Shown here piece after piece: positions 9,498 through 18,259 of a stretch of DNA of 64,000 nucleotides. The stretch lies in the IMG/VR virus record IMGVR_UViG_3300014208_000026, positions 193,182 through 257,181 of that record; one strand, 5' to 3'. Source of the DNA: a virus. Taxonomy: Duplodnaviria; Caudoviricetes. The notes under the pieces are model-generated. The model saw nothing but the letters and a program-made list of their open reading frames with translations, was not told the DNA's origin and did not search any database. The position numbers and the translations under genes were made by a program. Position 1 is the first letter of the stretch. Every line of letters starts with the position of its first letter.

Positions 9498-10163
9498 CTA
9501 GCGAATGTCATAAAGGAAAACGGCGTTTGCATCGGTGTCGATGTCAACGTTCGTCCCTGGAACGAACGTTGCTTCTGCACGGTGCGAAGCGGCTGCAACG
9601 TAATTGCACGCTACACCGCCCGCAGCCGCGTAAGCGATGCAGAGGGCTTTGCCATTCAGCATTCTCACGAGAACGTCATTGGTGCCAAAAGCCCCGGTCG
9701 TGTTGTGATGAAGTAATTTAGACCGCAGGGTTCCGGTGTTGTTACAGAAAACCTGTTCGCCCACAACGGCGGAATCAATTACGTAGGCTTTGTCCAGACC
9801 GAGGAGTCCGGACCACAGATCATCTGCGGCTCCAATGGCACTGATTAGGACAGGACCCGACGCGGAGGGGGTCACATACAGAGCGGCCCCGCCTGGAACT
9901 GCGGCATGGGTCACACGGAGCGTCTCAGCCGTGAAAAAACGGGCGGTGAGCATTCCATGGTCGATCATCCCTTTGATCGTGCCGTTGTTGTATGACTCAG
10001 CCACCAGAGAGGTATAGATCAGGGTGATTGTCTGTCCCGGGTCAATGTACATCGGACCAGGGCGGTTTTGGGGACGAACGTTCAGACTTCCAATATCGGG
10101 GAGAGTCAACTGGGCGTTTGGGGTACCCGTATGGGTAAGTTGAATTCGGATTCCGGTAGCCAT
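9498..10163 (-). CDS. Putative virion protein (221 aa), C-terminal half paralogous to 7161/7663 proteins
   Basis: AVPGGAAL and CNYVAAASHRAEA motifs; RBS AAGGAGA; two late-type motifs upstream. Confidence 0.7.
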   Translation of the reverse strand: MATGIRIQLTHTGTPNAQLTLPDIGSLNVRPQNRPGPMYIDPGQTITLIYTSLVAESYNNGTIKGMIDHGMLTARFFTAETLRVTHAAVPGGAALYVTPSASGPVLISAIGAADDLWSGLLGLDKAYVIDSAVVGEQVFCNNTGTLRSKLLHHNTTGAFGTNDVLVRMLNGKALCIAYAAAGGVACNYVAAASHRAEATFVPGTNVDIDTDANAVFLYDIR

Positions 10164-10190
10164 TCTATTTCTCCTTTGAGGAAGTGTTTT

Positions 10191-10257
10191 CCTACTTAGA
10201 GGAACCCTATAGAGAGAAAACCGAACCTCTATCTCCTTACCTAAAGGAACCCTATAG
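10191..10257 (-). promoter_or_regulatory. Tandem pair of late-type promoter motifs
   Basis: Minus strand CTATAG-GGTTCCT-TTAGGTAAGG (10235-10257) and CTATAG-GGTTCCT-CTAAGTAGG (10191-10212). Confidence 0.65.
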
Positions 10258-10286
10258 AGGGAAAACCGGAGCCCACGGTATTATGT

Positions 10287-10308
10287 CTATGGGAAGTCCT
10301 CTTGTAGG
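10287..10308 (+). promoter_or_regulatory. Late-type promoter motif
   Basis: CTATGG-N7-TCTTGTAGG upstream of ATG 10328. Confidence 0.5.
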
Positions 10309-10327
10309 ATCTCCAGAGGCATTTCAC

Positions 10328-12760
10328 ATGGCTGTGAACATAAAGACCACTATTCTTCGTGGGGTTTCTCCCGTAGGAGATCCTCTTCAGACCGGAAGTC
10401 GACCTAAGGCGTCAGAGACTTTTGTGGTTCGGCCTGGAGATGTAATTGAAGCAGAGGAGGCTTCCGCTACCGTAGTAAACTGGACTCTGGAAGATGCTCC
10501 TATTACTTTGGATGGGACCCGTTCTTCTGCTGTTCCTTCTCCCGTTTCTGGAGCGTCCACTTCTTTCATTCTCGATTTCGAGGGGGCATACCTCTTGAAG
10601 GCAACAAACCCTCTGAACGTCAATGATAACCAGACCGTTCGTATTCGGGTGGATTCTCTTACAGCAGGGCTATCTTTTGTCGCTTGGGGAGAACAGAACA
10701 CAGGTTCTTTGCTGGTTCCTTTCGATATCGGGGCTCACGGATGGTCTGAGACCATAAGTCTCGGTTTCGAAAAGACATTGGCTATTTTGCGAAGATCGAA
10801 GGTGACTGGGAGAGTGGTTCGAGTAGATGCTAATCGTGGGTTCGATTACACGCAGTCTCCTGATGACCCTGCCTTCACGAACACCTACCCCGGGATTCCT
10901 GTTTACGAAGCAGGGGTGTGGACAACTTTGCCTCATTCCGAACTCACCGCCCCGTCTTCGGGGGCGGGGGATTTTGGGTCGGTGCAACAAGCCATCAATT
11001 GGATTGCCGCCTCTTCTTATGTCCCCTCAGAGGAGTACCCCTGGGTTGTCGAAGTTGCGGACGGGATATATGAAGAGGACGTGGCTTTCCAGCCTTTCAT
11101 CCATGTTGTATCTGCTCGCTCCCCGATGCAGAATCCTCTGAATCCAGGCTTGTTGTCCTTCGGAAAATGCGTGACCCTTCGTGGCAATCATCTTTTTGTG
11201 GGGACCTCTGCGACAGATGCAGTGTTCCTGTCTGGGCTTTTCCTGGACAACTACGGTATCGACAACGCTTTTCCAGTTCTGAAAGCCAGTGGGGGCCAAG
11301 GAGTTCTGTGCATTCATGACACCGTTATCGACCAGAGTTTCGTTTCCGGAGTCAGGGGGGATACCGTTTCTGTTGAAGGGCCTTACACCCTGCTATTCGT
11401 AGAGGCAGGGGTCTACAACCGGACCACTAATGTTACAAGCGGGCCTTTGAGAGTCGAGGGAGGCGCTAGTCCTGCTTCCGTGGTGAGTCGTCGTTCTTCT
11501 TTCATCGGTTTCGGTGGGAGTATAGACCTCAATCTCGTTTCTAAAGTTGGGGGGGGTATTTTCTATTTCTCGGACAGCAGCATCAGAGCCGGTTTAGGGG
11601 GCGCCCTCCCCGCCGTTCAGATAATAGGGGAACTCCAACTGGTTATTTCTGAGACAGTGAATTCTGGGGGTCCCGTGCTTGTCTTTAACCCCGACGATTC
11701 TGGAGGGGGGCTCAGCCAAACGTGTTTATTGCGGGGGTCTGAGATAGACGGGGATATCCGGATCAACGACGGGAATACTGGAGGAGTCTGTCAGGCTCTC
11801 GTTTCGTCTTCTTCTTTTGGTGCCCTTACAGGAACGTCGGTTACCCACGGCATTCTTACAGTTATAGGCGGGACAAATGGGCTGTCTGTAGCTTTTGATC
11901 CCGCTACTTCCGGGATGGCCGCAAATACAGTGCAGGCGGCTCTTTTAGAACTACATACCTCCAAGATGGCTTTAGTTCCGACAGCTACTGAAAATAATTT
12001 AGCTACATTTAACGCTGCTGGACAAGTAAAAGACGGGGGTGCTTTACCAACCAATGCCGCGACAGTTACCGTTGTGGATACAGCTAGCACGACTTGCTGG
12101 CTGACACTTTTTGAGGCTGCCACAGGGAATTGTGCGGCTAAGACCGATGCAGCCCTCAAGTACAATGCCGCTACGGGTGAACTTGAGGCTACTAGTTTCA
12201 AAGGACCCCTAACGGGCAACGCCTCCTCAGCGACTACTGCTTCAGCATGTAGTGGAAATGCAGTGACAGCTACTGCTGCGGGAACTATTTCGGGAGTCGC
12301 GGATACTGCTAGTGCCACTTGTTGGTTGGCACTGTTCGAGGCCGCTACAGGAACTTGTGCAGCTAAGACTGACGGTTCGTTGCTTTACAATGCCTCGACA
12401 GCTCTGCTCAGTATTGCCAAATTGTACTTGTCCTCGATGGTTTCTGCCATGGAGGTCGACGCGGGAGTTTCTGGCGCTAACAAGACTATTGACTGGAACT
12501 CCGGTAATAACCAGAAGGTTACGTTTGACAATTCCTGTATTTTCGCTTTTACGGCTCCCTCTACGGGAGTAGCGCACCTGACACTTCGTATGATTCAACC
12601 TGTGGCTGGAGGGAAAACGGTGACTTGGCCAGCTACGGTCAAGTGGAGTGGTGGAACGCAGCCTACTTGGGACACAACTGCCAGTAGAGAGAACTACGCC
12701 TTTTTTTACTGGAATGGGAGTTTTTATGTGGGATCTGGTGTCACTAATATAACGCCGTAG
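10328..12760 (+). CDS. Tail fibre / receptor-binding protein
   Basis: Beta-helix-like middle; NTVQAALLELH shoulder; internal repeat; C-terminal KTIDWNSGN..FTAP..LTL..Q..GGKTVTWP..VKWSGG..P fibre-tip pattern. Start set at 10328 (GAGG RBS, promoter motif upstream). Confidence 0.7.
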   Translation: MAVNIKTTILRGVSPVGDPLQTGSRPKASETFVVRPGDVIEAEEASATVVNWTLEDAPITLDGTRSSAVPSPVSGASTSFILDFEGAYLLKATNPLNVNDNQTVRIRVDSLTAGLSFVAWGEQNTGSLLVPFDIGAHGWSETISLGFEKTLAILRRSKVTGRVVRVDANRGFDYTQSPDDPAFTNTYPGIPVYEAGVWTTLPHSELTAPSSGAGDFGSVQQAINWIAASSYVPSEEYPWVVEVADGIYEEDVAFQPFIHVVSARSPMQNPLNPGLLSFGKCVTLRGNHLFVGTSATDAVFLSGLFLDNYGIDNAFPVLKASGGQGVLCIHDTVIDQSFVSGVRGDTVSVEGPYTLLFVEAGVYNRTTNVTSGPLRVEGGASPASVVSRRSSFIGFGGSIDLNLVSKVGGGIFYFSDSSIRAGLGGALPAVQIIGELQLVISETVNSGGPVLVFNPDDSGGGLSQTCLLRGSEIDGDIRINDGNTGGVCQALVSSSSFGALTGTSVTHGILTVIGGTNGLSVAFDPATSGMAANTVQAALLELHTSKMALVPTATENNLATFNAAGQVKDGGALPTNAATVTVVDTASTTCWLTLFEAATGNCAAKTDAALKYNAATGELEATSFKGPLTGNASSATTASACSGNAVTATAAGTISGVADTASATCWLALFEAATGTCAAKTDGSLLYNASTALLSIAKLYLSSMVSAMEVDAGVSGANKTIDWNSGNNQKVTFDNSCIFAFTAPSTGVAHLTLRMIQPVAGGKTVTWPATVKWSGGTQPTWDTTASRENYAFFYWNGSFYVGSGVTNITP

Positions 12761-12771
12761 GAGTATTCTGA

Positions 12772-13881
12772 ATGGCTACTAGACTTGTTCCAGCAACGTA
12801 TGCATCGCCTCAGATAGCACTTGCTGCATGTGCTGCCTGGGACACGATTCTCGTTACGTCTGGATCATATACGCTTCAGAACTTGTCTAGAAGTATATAC
12901 GTAATATGGGAGTGGACGAACGATGTCTCGATAGGCTTGACCGCTGTAGGGTTACAAGGTGCATACGCGCAGAACTGGCGGCCGGCGGCTGGCAGTGCGA
13001 GCAAGCGCATGTCCTTGGCTAGTGGTGCATCTATTCACAGGCAGAGCGCCCCGTCTTCGAGTAACGAGAGTACGTGGACCAATGTGGATTTCACTATTTC
13101 TGCTGACCAGCCGGCACTCTGGTGTACCGGGCCTTGGGCAAGCACGATAAATGTCAATAACTGCACGTTTACGCAAACGGTAGCCGGGGTTGCGTATGCC
13201 ACAAGGATCGGTATAGAGCTTTTTGGTAGTGGGACGTATGTAAATGCTAATAACTGCACGTTTACCAAATGTGGTTCCGGGGTTCATGTCGAAAATACAT
13301 GGTCATGGGCAAAGACATACCGGTGTAAGTTTATAGGGTGTTACTGCACGCACTCGGCGATAGCCGCCGCGGATCAGTATTCATCGCTATGGAGCACACT
13401 CGACGTTGCGTATTCTGGCAGCGGCGGCACCGCTCAGTATGGAATGTACTATAATGGCGGCGATTCTGCGCGTCCGACGTACATTGCTAAAAGGTGTACG
13501 TGGGATGTAACAGCGGGCGCTTTTTACAACATTGGCGGAGTCAGATCTACAGTGCAGGGGTGCTGGGCCGACGCAATGACGCGCACGGGAGCGGGTGGCA
13601 CCTGGGACCACAATGGGAGCCGAGTATACACCGGAACACCCGGAACGGGGGACGTTACAACGCTAGCAGACCCAGGATTCATGAATAAAGCGGGTAACGT
13701 CTACACCCTGGCATTGTCTACCTGTGTTCTTGTTGGAGCGGGCGTAGATATCTCGGAAGTAACCGACCACGCAGGTTTAGCAATACCGAATTCTCACGGA
13801 ACCTATAGTATTGGCGCATACGAGTTCTGGGGATCATGGGGTGGCGGGGACACAGGCGTAGTCGTAGGCATAACCTTCTGA
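12772..13881 (+). CDS. Pectin-lyase-like right-handed beta-helix protein (possible depolymerase)
   Basis: Repeating NVNNCTF / NANNCTF / YRCKF rungs; ends in DPGF..YTL..GAG..SIGAYEF pattern. Confidence 0.65.
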   Translation: MATRLVPATYASPQIALAACAAWDTILVTSGSYTLQNLSRSIYVIWEWTNDVSIGLTAVGLQGAYAQNWRPAAGSASKRMSLASGASIHRQSAPSSSNESTWTNVDFTISADQPALWCTGPWASTINVNNCTFTQTVAGVAYATRIGIELFGSGTYVNANNCTFTKCGSGVHVENTWSWAKTYRCKFIGCYCTHSAIAAADQYSSLWSTLDVAYSGSGGTAQYGMYYNGGDSARPTYIAKRCTWDVTAGAFYNIGGVRSTVQGCWADAMTRTGAGGTWDHNGSRVYTGTPGTGDVTTLADPGFMNKAGNVYTLALSTCVLVGAGVDISEVTDHAGLAIPNSHGTYSIGAYEFWGSWGGGDTGVVVGITF

Positions 13882-13909
13882 GGCAGTTTGATTGTGAGGG
13901 AAAAATAAA

Positions 13910-16900
13910 TTGAACCCCCGACGGGTAATCTACACTCAGTACGGCCCCCTCACCAAAGGTTGGGGAGACGGCACTCCTGCGACCGTCGAAGACGTCCATG
14001 TCTATATTGATACGGGGGGCGGACCAGTTGAGGTCACGGTTTCGGAAGTGAATCCCTACGAGGGCAAGATCATTCTGGCCCTCCCTGTTCCCCCGAACCC
14101 TGTTTCCGTTACAGTCGACTATAAGTGGATGAACAATCCGCAAGAGTCTCTTCGGTTGAACACCCTCGGGCTCACGCTCAACAAATGGGGTTCTGCTAAT
14201 CATTTGTCTTCCCCCAGCCACGGATCCCGACACTCTTTCAACGTTACTCTTGGCCCTGGAAATCGGGCTCGCCGGACTCCTTTCCTCGTCGGGCACCGTT
14301 TCCTTGGTCTGGAAAGGGCATACACTTCGGCTCTAAATAGCCCGACTACCTTACGTTTGAATGCCCCCGATGCACGGCGCCTGAAGTATGACCCGATCGG
14401 TTTCTCTATTCCCTATGAATGCATCACCACTCCGCAATCCGAAGGTTGGGCTCTTCTCGGGGACGATACGGGGTCGGTTGTCAATGGAAATGGAACCTAC
14501 ACTTTGGTCGATGCTACGACCGGTTCTTACGGCCACGGGGAGGGAGCCTGTTACACCCAGGGAGTTGATCTTTCCATTCCCGCTACGGTGTATTTGGCAG
14601 GGCGCCTTCGTGTGACGGATTACACCTTGAATGGGGTGTTCTCCGGCTTGGGTTTAGGGGTGCATGACAACAACAGGCTCTACCTCGCAGGGCTCCTTGA
14701 GGTGAATGGGCTGAAGCATGTAGGTATTCTCCGGAACGTCGGACGTCCTTACGAGGTGGATTCCTGGATTCTAGGGCCGACCACAACCGCCACGATTCTC
14801 ACCACTACGACAATGACGATCCCTGCCGCCAGCACTCCCGTGTCCTTGGCACCCGGGAATCGGTTCCAGGTTCTGTCAGGGGCCCAGGTCGGGGTCTATA
14901 CTATCGCCTCTATTGTCCATCAGACTACGGGTGTGACAACTATCACTGTCGTGTCTCCGTTCCCTGACGACCCGACCAAATGGGATAACTCCCATGCCGC
15001 TGTCATTTTCGAGGCTCTCTGGGATACCAACCCTATGACCTATAGGATGGTCGTGGACACGAGCACTCACACGGCCCAACTGTTTATCAGCGGGGACGTG
15101 TCGGGCACCGTAGTTGACCTAACGGCTGCGGACGTCCAGGATTTGGCTATTACCCCCAAGACGGTCCTCATGCTGACCACGACCGGTAGGGGTCAGATTT
15201 TCTGGGGGTCTTTGAGTCGAGAGGCCACCAGCACCAGTATTTGGTCTTTCTATCGGGCGGGTTCAGTGCCTGCCGCTAACAGATTCCAAGCTCAGAATCT
15301 GGTTATAGACACAGAAATGACGGTGACTCCGGAGTATGACACCGATGAATGGTTCGTGACTCAGGATTTCGGGTACTCCGCAATTCTGGGTGGGGAGATG
15401 CTGTTGAAATCCTCGGCCGCTGATACGGCCTTGGATTTCACCTTTGGCTATGGAAGAACCGAGCCCTTCATTACCGAAAGAACCAACCTGAATCTCACGA
15501 CCAGCCTGAAGGTGGACAGCGGGACTCTCGGGGTCGGGGATGCTCTTATTGTGTTGCAGGACTCCAAACGGCAGGTGAATTTAGGTACGGTTCAGTACCT
15601 GGAAGACCCTCTGGCTACGCCTTACCGCCAGTTTCTCGATTTGCCGCATGTATCGATGTCAGGTCTCTGGCTGCCTGACGAGGAGAACTGGATTCAGTCC
15701 GCCGTGTTCGATATGGCCGAAGAGGTTCGAGGACACGACTTTTTCTCTACTCAGACAGTGGGTGAGGAAGGGGGGCTGTACTACAAGAACCTGTTTTCCC
15801 TGCCCACTTGGGATGAGGGGGGCAGAATCATCGAGAGCCGTCTAGCGGTTCTCAGCTACATTGCTAACGGGCTCGGGGAGACGGGGATTTATTTCGGGGG
15901 GCGTGTCAGCCATCCCGGGGGTGGCGGGGGTGGTATGTGGGGGGCTCCCTTCGGAGGAGGCCCCTTTGGTGGTGTGCCTTTTGGAGGGTTGGGTCCCATT
16001 CCTGGAGTTTGCAGAGGTGTAAACCTCACCCTGCGGGCTTCTGTAGGGGGGGCTTCGCCGAAGGTGCTGGTACTCGATGAAGCTAACACTCTCATCCAGG
16101 ACTACGATTTCGATTGGACAGACGGGGGGGATCATACCTATCGTCTTATCGCGGACCCCATAGCCCTCACTGTAACTTTGGCGATCGATGGGGTTGTGTA
16201 TCTGCCTGTGATGAACCTGCTGGCTTTTGATACCGTGACCACCAATGACCTGTGTTGGTTCGGTTCTTGGACTCCCGCGGTAGATACCGCTTCGGATGTT
16301 CGCTGGACCGATATGGCCTATGCAGTTTTGGCCCCCTCCTCCGCAAAACGGACTTTTGGTGTGTATGTTTCCGGGGACTGGAACGATATCGATTCTTGGC
16401 GTGTCCCTCGAATTGATTCATTCGATGTACCTAACTCAGATGTTTCAGCGGACGTCAAACCGATCGATTGGAATAGCTGGACCGACGTGATGGTCAACCG
16501 CGATCCGGTCTGGGGTGTCTCTGTTGTATTCCCGTTGGAAGCTCCACCTCCTGGTTGGACAGGAGACCCTTCGGACTTCGCAACCTATCTGACCAACCCG
16601 AAAGCAGGTTGGATCAACGTAGAGCAGGAAGAGCTTCCGAGGGTTACGGCTACGTTCGGTTACGTGAAGTTCGGGGCTCTGAGTTCAGATTCCATTACCC
16701 AGCAGTGGTGGGATTACCTTAGGTATCGGATTTTCAACCGGCCCGTTGTTACCTCCCTGCCTTCGTCCAAGATGGTGCTGAATAGGTACAACGCGATCAG
16801 TAGCGGAGAACGAGGGACAGATACTACGGTCGAGTCCGTCGCTGTGACCTCTATGTCCAGTACCCTGGTTTCTTTAATTCCGGCGGATATGAGGGCGGAC

Positions 16901-17536
16901 AGGGTGTTCGTGGTTTCCGAAGGGGGGATTCCGATCTCAGTGGATTACTGGACGTTCGACGTGGCGTCGCAGTCAATCACCATCGACTCCGAACACCCGC
17001 TGTCAGGAGACCACGTTCCTGTAACAGTCAGTTTCTCTCCTGGAAAGCCGATCACGGAAACTTATCTCAAGGGGCAACCTCTCCTGGATAGCCTCAACCT
17101 GTTAAATGCGGGCACTCCCCCGTTCGTCATGAGCCAAATGGGGCAGGCTACGCCCGTAGTAGTTACGTCTCCGGTTGATTTCGTGGATTTCGTCGACACT
17201 CCCGGGTCTTTGTACGATTACGTCAAGAATTTCTCGGTGAATAATGTCGGTTTACAGAACCTGCTCGCGGATGCTGAGGACGGTCGTGTGCCTCATGATA
17301 TGGCGTTTGAGGGGCCACTGTTCCGAGAGGAGCCCCTTTTGCCCCGAGAGGTGGAGTTGGAGGGGGTTCCTATTCTGTTTGCCAGCGGGGGTTCTTTCGA
17401 GGACGGGGCCTGGAATCTTGCTAAATCGGCTCCGACTTGGAAACAGGGGATGAACCGCGGGCTGGTAACTGTTCGTCGGTTGACGATTCCGACTCCAAGT
17501 ATCGAGGTCTTTTGGGACGGCACCCAGGTAGAATAG
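13910..17536 (+). CDS. Large tail/baseplate structural protein (1208 aa)
   Basis: Long beta-rich ORF in the structural operon; concanavalin-like segments (HTYRL..TLAIDG); TTG start uncertain. Confidence 0.65.
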   Translation: MNPRRVIYTQYGPLTKGWGDGTPATVEDVHVYIDTGGGPVEVTVSEVNPYEGKIILALPVPPNPVSVTVDYKWMNNPQESLRLNTLGLTLNKWGSANHLSSPSHGSRHSFNVTLGPGNRARRTPFLVGHRFLGLERAYTSALNSPTTLRLNAPDARRLKYDPIGFSIPYECITTPQSEGWALLGDDTGSVVNGNGTYTLVDATTGSYGHGEGACYTQGVDLSIPATVYLAGRLRVTDYTLNGVFSGLGLGVHDNNRLYLAGLLEVNGLKHVGILRNVGRPYEVDSWILGPTTTATILTTTTMTIPAASTPVSLAPGNRFQVLSGAQVGVYTIASIVHQTTGVTTITVVSPFPDDPTKWDNSHAAVIFEALWDTNPMTYRMVVDTSTHTAQLFISGDVSGTVVDLTAADVQDLAITPKTVLMLTTTGRGQIFWGSLSREATSTSIWSFYRAGSVPAANRFQAQNLVIDTEMTVTPEYDTDEWFVTQDFGYSAILGGEMLLKSSAADTALDFTFGYGRTEPFITERTNLNLTTSLKVDSGTLGVGDALIVLQDSKRQVNLGTVQYLEDPLATPYRQFLDLPHVSMSGLWLPDEENWIQSAVFDMAEEVRGHDFFSTQTVGEEGGLYYKNLFSLPTWDEGGRIIESRLAVLSYIANGLGETGIYFGGRVSHPGGGGGGMWGAPFGGGPFGGVPFGGLGPIPGVCRGVNLTLRASVGGASPKVLVLDEANTLIQDYDFDWTDGGDHTYRLIADPIALTVTLAIDGVVYLPVMNLLAFDTVTTNDLCWFGSWTPAVDTASDVRWTDMAYAVLAPSSAKRTFGVYVSGDWNDIDSWRVPRIDSFDVPNSDVSADVKPIDWNSWTDVMVNRDPVWGVSVVFPLEAPPPGWTGDPSDFATYLTNPKAGWINVEQEELPRVTATFGYVKFGALSSDSITQQWWDYLRYRIFNRPVVTSLPSSKMVLNRYNAISSGERGTDTTVESVAVTSMSSTLVSLIPADMRADRVFVVSEGGIPISVDYWTFDVASQSITIDSEHPLSGDHVPVTVSFSPGKPITETYLKGQPLLDSLNLLNAGTPPFVMSQMGQATPVVVTSPVDFVDFVDTPGSLYDYVKNFSVNNVGLQNLLADAEDGRVPHDMAFEGPLFREEPLLPREVELEGVPILFASGGSFEDGAWNLAKSAPTWKQGMNRGLVTVRRLTIPTPSIEVFWDGTQVE

Positions 17537-17597
17537 AGGACGGCGGTTTTTAGGCTATTGATCGGTCTACCATGAGAGGCTGAGGAAGGTTTTCGCA

Positions 17598-18242
17598 ATG
17601 ACGATTCTCACGGAACGTACGAAGCAGCCCCGAGAGCAGTGCTTGTGGGGCATGAGTATGCTGGAGCAGGAGACTGTCTCCAAGCCTAAGGGGCATTATT
17701 TTTGCCACATGGAAGATGCCACTACCGGAGAGGTGCTGGCCCATTTCGAGGGGGACAATATCATCACCCTCGACGAGGGGATCGCAATGTCCCGCCTTTG
17801 TGCCAGTCCCGCGGCTACTTACCCTGGGATTCGGATGCTTGCTGTAGGTACGGGCGGCTCAGGGGCCGCTACAAGCAGCCAGCGATCGTTGAACGCGGAG
17901 ATTTTCCGTAAGGCTCTTTCTAACCGCCAGTACCGGGATGCGTCAGGGAACGCTACGGGCATTCCGACGAATGTGGTGGACTACACTTGTACTTTGGGTG
18001 TTGGGGAAGCTGCGGGGGCTGCGCTCAACGAGATGGGGTTGCTGTTGCCTTTCGATTTGATAACCCCCGCTCCTGGAAATCCCATTGGGGCGCCGACTCC
18101 CTGGTTGTACAATCCTCCGAATCCGTATGACCCGACCTTTGACGTGACAAGGTACGATATCCTGTTCAACTACGCCACTTTCGGGGTTGTCACGAAACCG
18201 GCAGGGGCTGTTCTGACGTGGACGTGGCGAATCACGCGATAA
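17598..18242 (+). CDS. Tail collar-fibre-like protein
   Basis: NIIT..G..MLAVGTG..QRSLNAEIFRK..GEA..LNEMGL..LFNYATF..KP..LTWTWRI pattern. Confidence 0.6.
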   Translation: MTILTERTKQPREQCLWGMSMLEQETVSKPKGHYFCHMEDATTGEVLAHFEGDNIITLDEGIAMSRLCASPAATYPGIRMLAVGTGGSGAATSSQRSLNAEIFRKALSNRQYRDASGNATGIPTNVVDYTCTLGVGEAAGAALNEMGLLLPFDLITPAPGNPIGAPTPWLYNPPNPYDPTFDVTRYDILFNYATFGVVTKPAGAVLTWTWRITR

Positions 18243-18259
18243 GCGGGGAGTAGAAGTCG

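Noticed and set aside
10184-10327. N-terminal extension with a YLxEPYRxKT peptide repeat in the ORF track
   Set aside because: The repeat is the tandem minus-strand promoter motif; the RBS and a plus-strand motif favour ATG 10328.
7071-13881. Diversity-generating retroelement or invertase shufflon acting on fibre genes
   Set aside because: No reverse transcriptase, adenine-specific TR/VR pair or recombinase in the window; the 42-bp repeats are direct, not inverted.
17555-17576. Additional late motif upstream of 17598
   Set aside because: Only a weak match (CTATTG-N6-CTACCATGA).
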